Shown in pieces: positions 60,674-64,000 of a stretch of 64,000 nt of DNA. Where the stretch lies: positions 11,763,432 to 11,827,431 of the forward strand of contig NC_092679.1 in NCBI RefSeq assembly GCF_964355755.1. Reading direction: 5' to 3'. Position 1 is the stretch's first letter. Every line of letters begins with the position of its first letter. The translations under genes were made by a program, and so were the position numbers. This DNA is from Antedon mediterranea (Eukaryota; Animalia; Echinodermata). Under the pieces are notes generated by a model, which had not been told where the DNA came from, ran no database searches, and worked only from the letters and a program-made list of their open reading frames with translations.

Positions 60674-63600
60674 ATGGAGAAACCTCAAATAATTGTTCAT
60701 TTGCAAAAATCGTTAAATTACACTTTATTTGACACAAAATGGATCCCTCGTAGTGCCAAAATGGTTGTTCTAGGCAACCACCCACGCGGTACAGGAGTGA
60801 TGCAGATTTTTGAGCTTTCACACGGTCAAGTCAACCTTATACATGATGTAAGTGGAGGCCTAGGCCTAATGCTAGAAAACACATTTTCACTTCAGTGCTT
60901 ACATAAGTAATGTAATTCAACCGATTTTTTAATATTTGTTCATCATGTTTAGGGTTTAAACAGTACTTTAATGAACATGCAGAGTTTTTTTTTTATAGTT
61001 TATACTATAAATAGGCCGCCTCCTAGCCTAGCTAGGCTACCTAACTTTAATAATTAAAATTAATTTGATGACTTGTTGTTGGCTTCTTTAATTTATTAGC
61101 CTAGTAGGCCGGTGTCTGATCATTTCGGCCGCCGGTTATGGAATTGCCAAATTCATGAAACGCCAAAAAGGACAAAATATGTATTGTTCATTTCGGCCGC
61201 CAGAATTGTAATTATTCTTGAATATGTATGACGACAGTGACACGCCATGTGTGTTAAAATGTTAATATTTTACTAATACTGTGGTATTAAGCCGAATCGT
61301 CGGCGGTCTTCAATTCCAGAAACAGCAGCGATATTTATGGCAGGATTGCCCGCTTTTCGATACATTAAAAACAATCTCATTTGCCGACTGATACGTAGCC
61401 CTACACCAGTTTTACTTTAAAATATATAGCTTTTATTTTATATAGAAAATATAGCTCAATACGGCCGTTTCAGCGGCAGCCAAAACAAAATATTGGTTAA
61501 TTTTTCAACTAATAAAAGTGCGCATGATCAGTCATTACCAAACAACCAGATGCCCAATCACATTGCAACAATTTGTCCTTCACGTCAAAGGTTAAAAATT
61601 ATCGCATTTATCCGATAATTATCTGATTTAAAATGAGAAAAAAAGAATATCCGCGTATTTGATCGAACCCTCTTTTTACTTGGATATTTGGACAAACAAA
61701 TAAACAATGCATCGCGCGTCATCGCATGTTTATTGAAATTTAATATGAAGTGTACAAAAAGCAAAAAAACGTTATAAAAAAAAGATACACCTACTTGTTT
61801 AGCGCATAGTAACTGCTTAGCGTCGGATTTTTAGCTTGCCTTTGTTTTTTTTTTTATATTTATATATTTTATGATGAAATGCGTCCGACAAAGAAACATC
61901 CCCTCCGATATGTACGGTATTGTTAGCGGCGGTTTCATAGATCATTGTTTAATGAGCCTTGTAAAACTCATCCTATGGCATTTTGTTTGGAAATTAAATG
62001 AAACTTCCCTTATATCGCAAAGCTATCATTTTTTTAATAAGAAGGGGGTGATGCTGAAGTTTTTTTTATGTGCCAGTGGCACATAAAAAAAACTTCAGCA
62101 TCACCGGCACATAAAAAAAACTTCAGCATCACCCCCTTCTTATTATGCCAGTCAAAAACACTTTTATTCGTATGTTTTACATTTATTAAATTCATTAAAT
62201 TCATAACACATTTTTTACAAAGCACATGCATCTTCGTCAGGACCTGTAAAATAACAAAAAAATAAACATTTAATCAATATTCATTTTGACCAAAATATTT
62301 AGACGGTAAAATAATATAACTTTAAATCTACGGCAAAAAAAAAATGTATTTACATTGCAAAATTGATCTTTGGTTTGAATGACCATAGTTCTCTGTGGCG
62401 TTCCATAGACTTGGTAAAGTTACTTTTTTCACTGTAATACTGTACAGTTATTTCTGGCTATTTCAATTTGGCGCGCCATACTTGGTGAAATGAAATGATT
62501 ATGAATTTGGTCGTTCCATAACCGACGGCCGAAATGATTGGCGGCCGAAATGCACTGTGACCAGTAGTCCTTTATAATTACTGTAATACTATTAAAAACA
62601 GTGCTAGCCTATAAAATAGATCTGGACCTATCTCCCCCTCCTGAACCTGCGTGGTTCCCTGTTCCATTACAACGTGGACAATGTGGAAATTGAATGCTCA
62701 TAATTAAATTGATTAAATTAATTAAAAAAGTTAAACTATGAAATTATTCAAAAGTGTTTCAATATATATTCAAAATTGCGGCAACCATTTGAAACACCTC
62801 GGTCCTAGAAACCATCAATTCTGTGGCGGGTGGTGAGTGAAAAACATGTTTAAACATCTCTCCATGTGCACAATGAATTTACTGTACATGACCTAAGCTA
62901 GTTAGGTGGTTTGGTCGTTCGTCGCAAAACGACTCCCAATAAAAGACGACATGTCTTTGAATAGTACTGTATTAATAATACAGTAACGGGCCTATCAATA
63001 CTGCAATAATTGAATTGTATTTTGGTCTTCAATAGACCTAAACCATACATTTAATCTCAATTGTGTGAAAATGCATAGCACCAACCAAAATAATAAATAT
63101 CCCTTTCTTCATTCAGTGAACAGTAAAAACAAATCATATTTTTTTATTTTATTATTTTTTTATGTTTTTGATTACCACCAGTAAGAATTAAAAACAAAAG
63201 CTTGTACTATTCCCTAGGTACAGTAGGCCTAATATGCCTAAATTATAAGAATTTACTGATAATATATGTCTTTTATTTTTTCACTTTTACAGATAGAGAA
63301 ACCAGCACAATTCAGGTGTGGGACATTTGGGGCCAGCAATTTAAGTCAACGTAATTTAGCTACAGGTGATTTTAAGGGAACTCTTGCAATATGGTAAAGT
63401 TACTGTTTTGAAATCTTATTTTCAACTAGTTCTGAATCACATCATTGTATTTGTTTTAAAGAATCAGTGCATTTGCAGTAACAATTTTTTGCTAAATAGA
63501 CTGAGCACTATAAACTTAGATAGATTTATTTCTGCTGCGAAAAAATCCATTTAATAACTGTTTGAATAAATTAAACCCCAATTTAAATAAAAAAATAATA

Positions 63601-63909
63601 ATTTATTCATAAAAGTGTGTGAAATATTTGTTATTTGCCTATAATTTTTGTTTTTCCGTATAATTTTTTTCCCCTAGAAATAATTGTCAAGTGCTACTTT
63701 TATACATTTCTGTATTCATTTTAAATTTTAAATATAAAATACAAAATAGTAAAAGTATTTATTTTAATCGATGTTTAGGAATTTGGAGAACACAAAAGAA
63801 CCAACATTTAGTACACATGCACATGATGAAATTGTAAACTGTATAGATGGTGTAGGTGGTTTAGGAATTGGTGAAGGAGCCCCAGAGATTGTTACTGGTA
63901 GCAGGGATG
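60674..63909 (+). CDS. DNAAF10: Dynein axonemal assembly factor 10 / WD repeat protein 92, exons 1-3 (continues beyond window)
   Basis: Exons 60674-60847, 63293-63393, 63779-63909 encode [29 protein letters not shown]...RGTG; [15 protein letters not shown]...LATGDFKG; [25 protein letters not shown], which is the characteristic WDR92 N-terminus. Confidence 0.95.
61109..62563. mobile_element. TIR non-autonomous DNA element in DNAAF10 intron 1
   Basis: Inverted ends CATTTCGGCCGCCGGTTATGGAA..CCAAATTCAT / ATGAATTTGG..TTCCATAACCGACGGCCGAAATG; superfamily unresolved. Confidence 0.6.
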
Positions 63910-64000
63910 GTAAGTTTAATATTTAATGAATCTTCTTTCCTAGGCCTCGGCATGGGAGTGTGATCGCTCCAGGTATGCCATTTTTAACACTAAAATGTGG

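Overview
AT-rich, intron-containing animal genomic DNA, probably a marine invertebrate; an echinoderm or other deuterostome is plausible but is inference. Positions ~1-19,000 are a nest of transposons: a Penelope-like RT fragment, a young internally deleted Gypsy-type LTR element (tRNA-Leu PBS), an L2/Crack-type LINE split by a 5.3-kb TAG...CTA fold-back element enclosing a Penelope element with two hammerhead-ribozyme motifs, a rearranged Gypsy pol relic, SINEs and MITEs. Positions ~20,800-39,900 hold a tandem METTL27/WBSCR27-like methyltransferase cluster (one frameshifted copy, one orphan last exon, one intact copy) with a young BEL/Pao LTR element whose 1604-aa ORF lacks most of the RT core in frame. 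Positions ~49,400-57,700 encode a 6-exon stathmin-domain/CCDC198-like protein on the minus strand, head-to-head with the first three exons of DNAAF10/WDR92. The most unusual signal comes from comparing paired repeat copies: recurrent micro-insertions at TA dinucleotides (TA-GGCC-TA, TA-GGC-TA, TA-CAG-TA, TA-CTG-TA, TA-CGG-TA) that look like transposon excision footprints, with the GGCC type piled up near promoters. All alignments were done by eye; no database searches were run.
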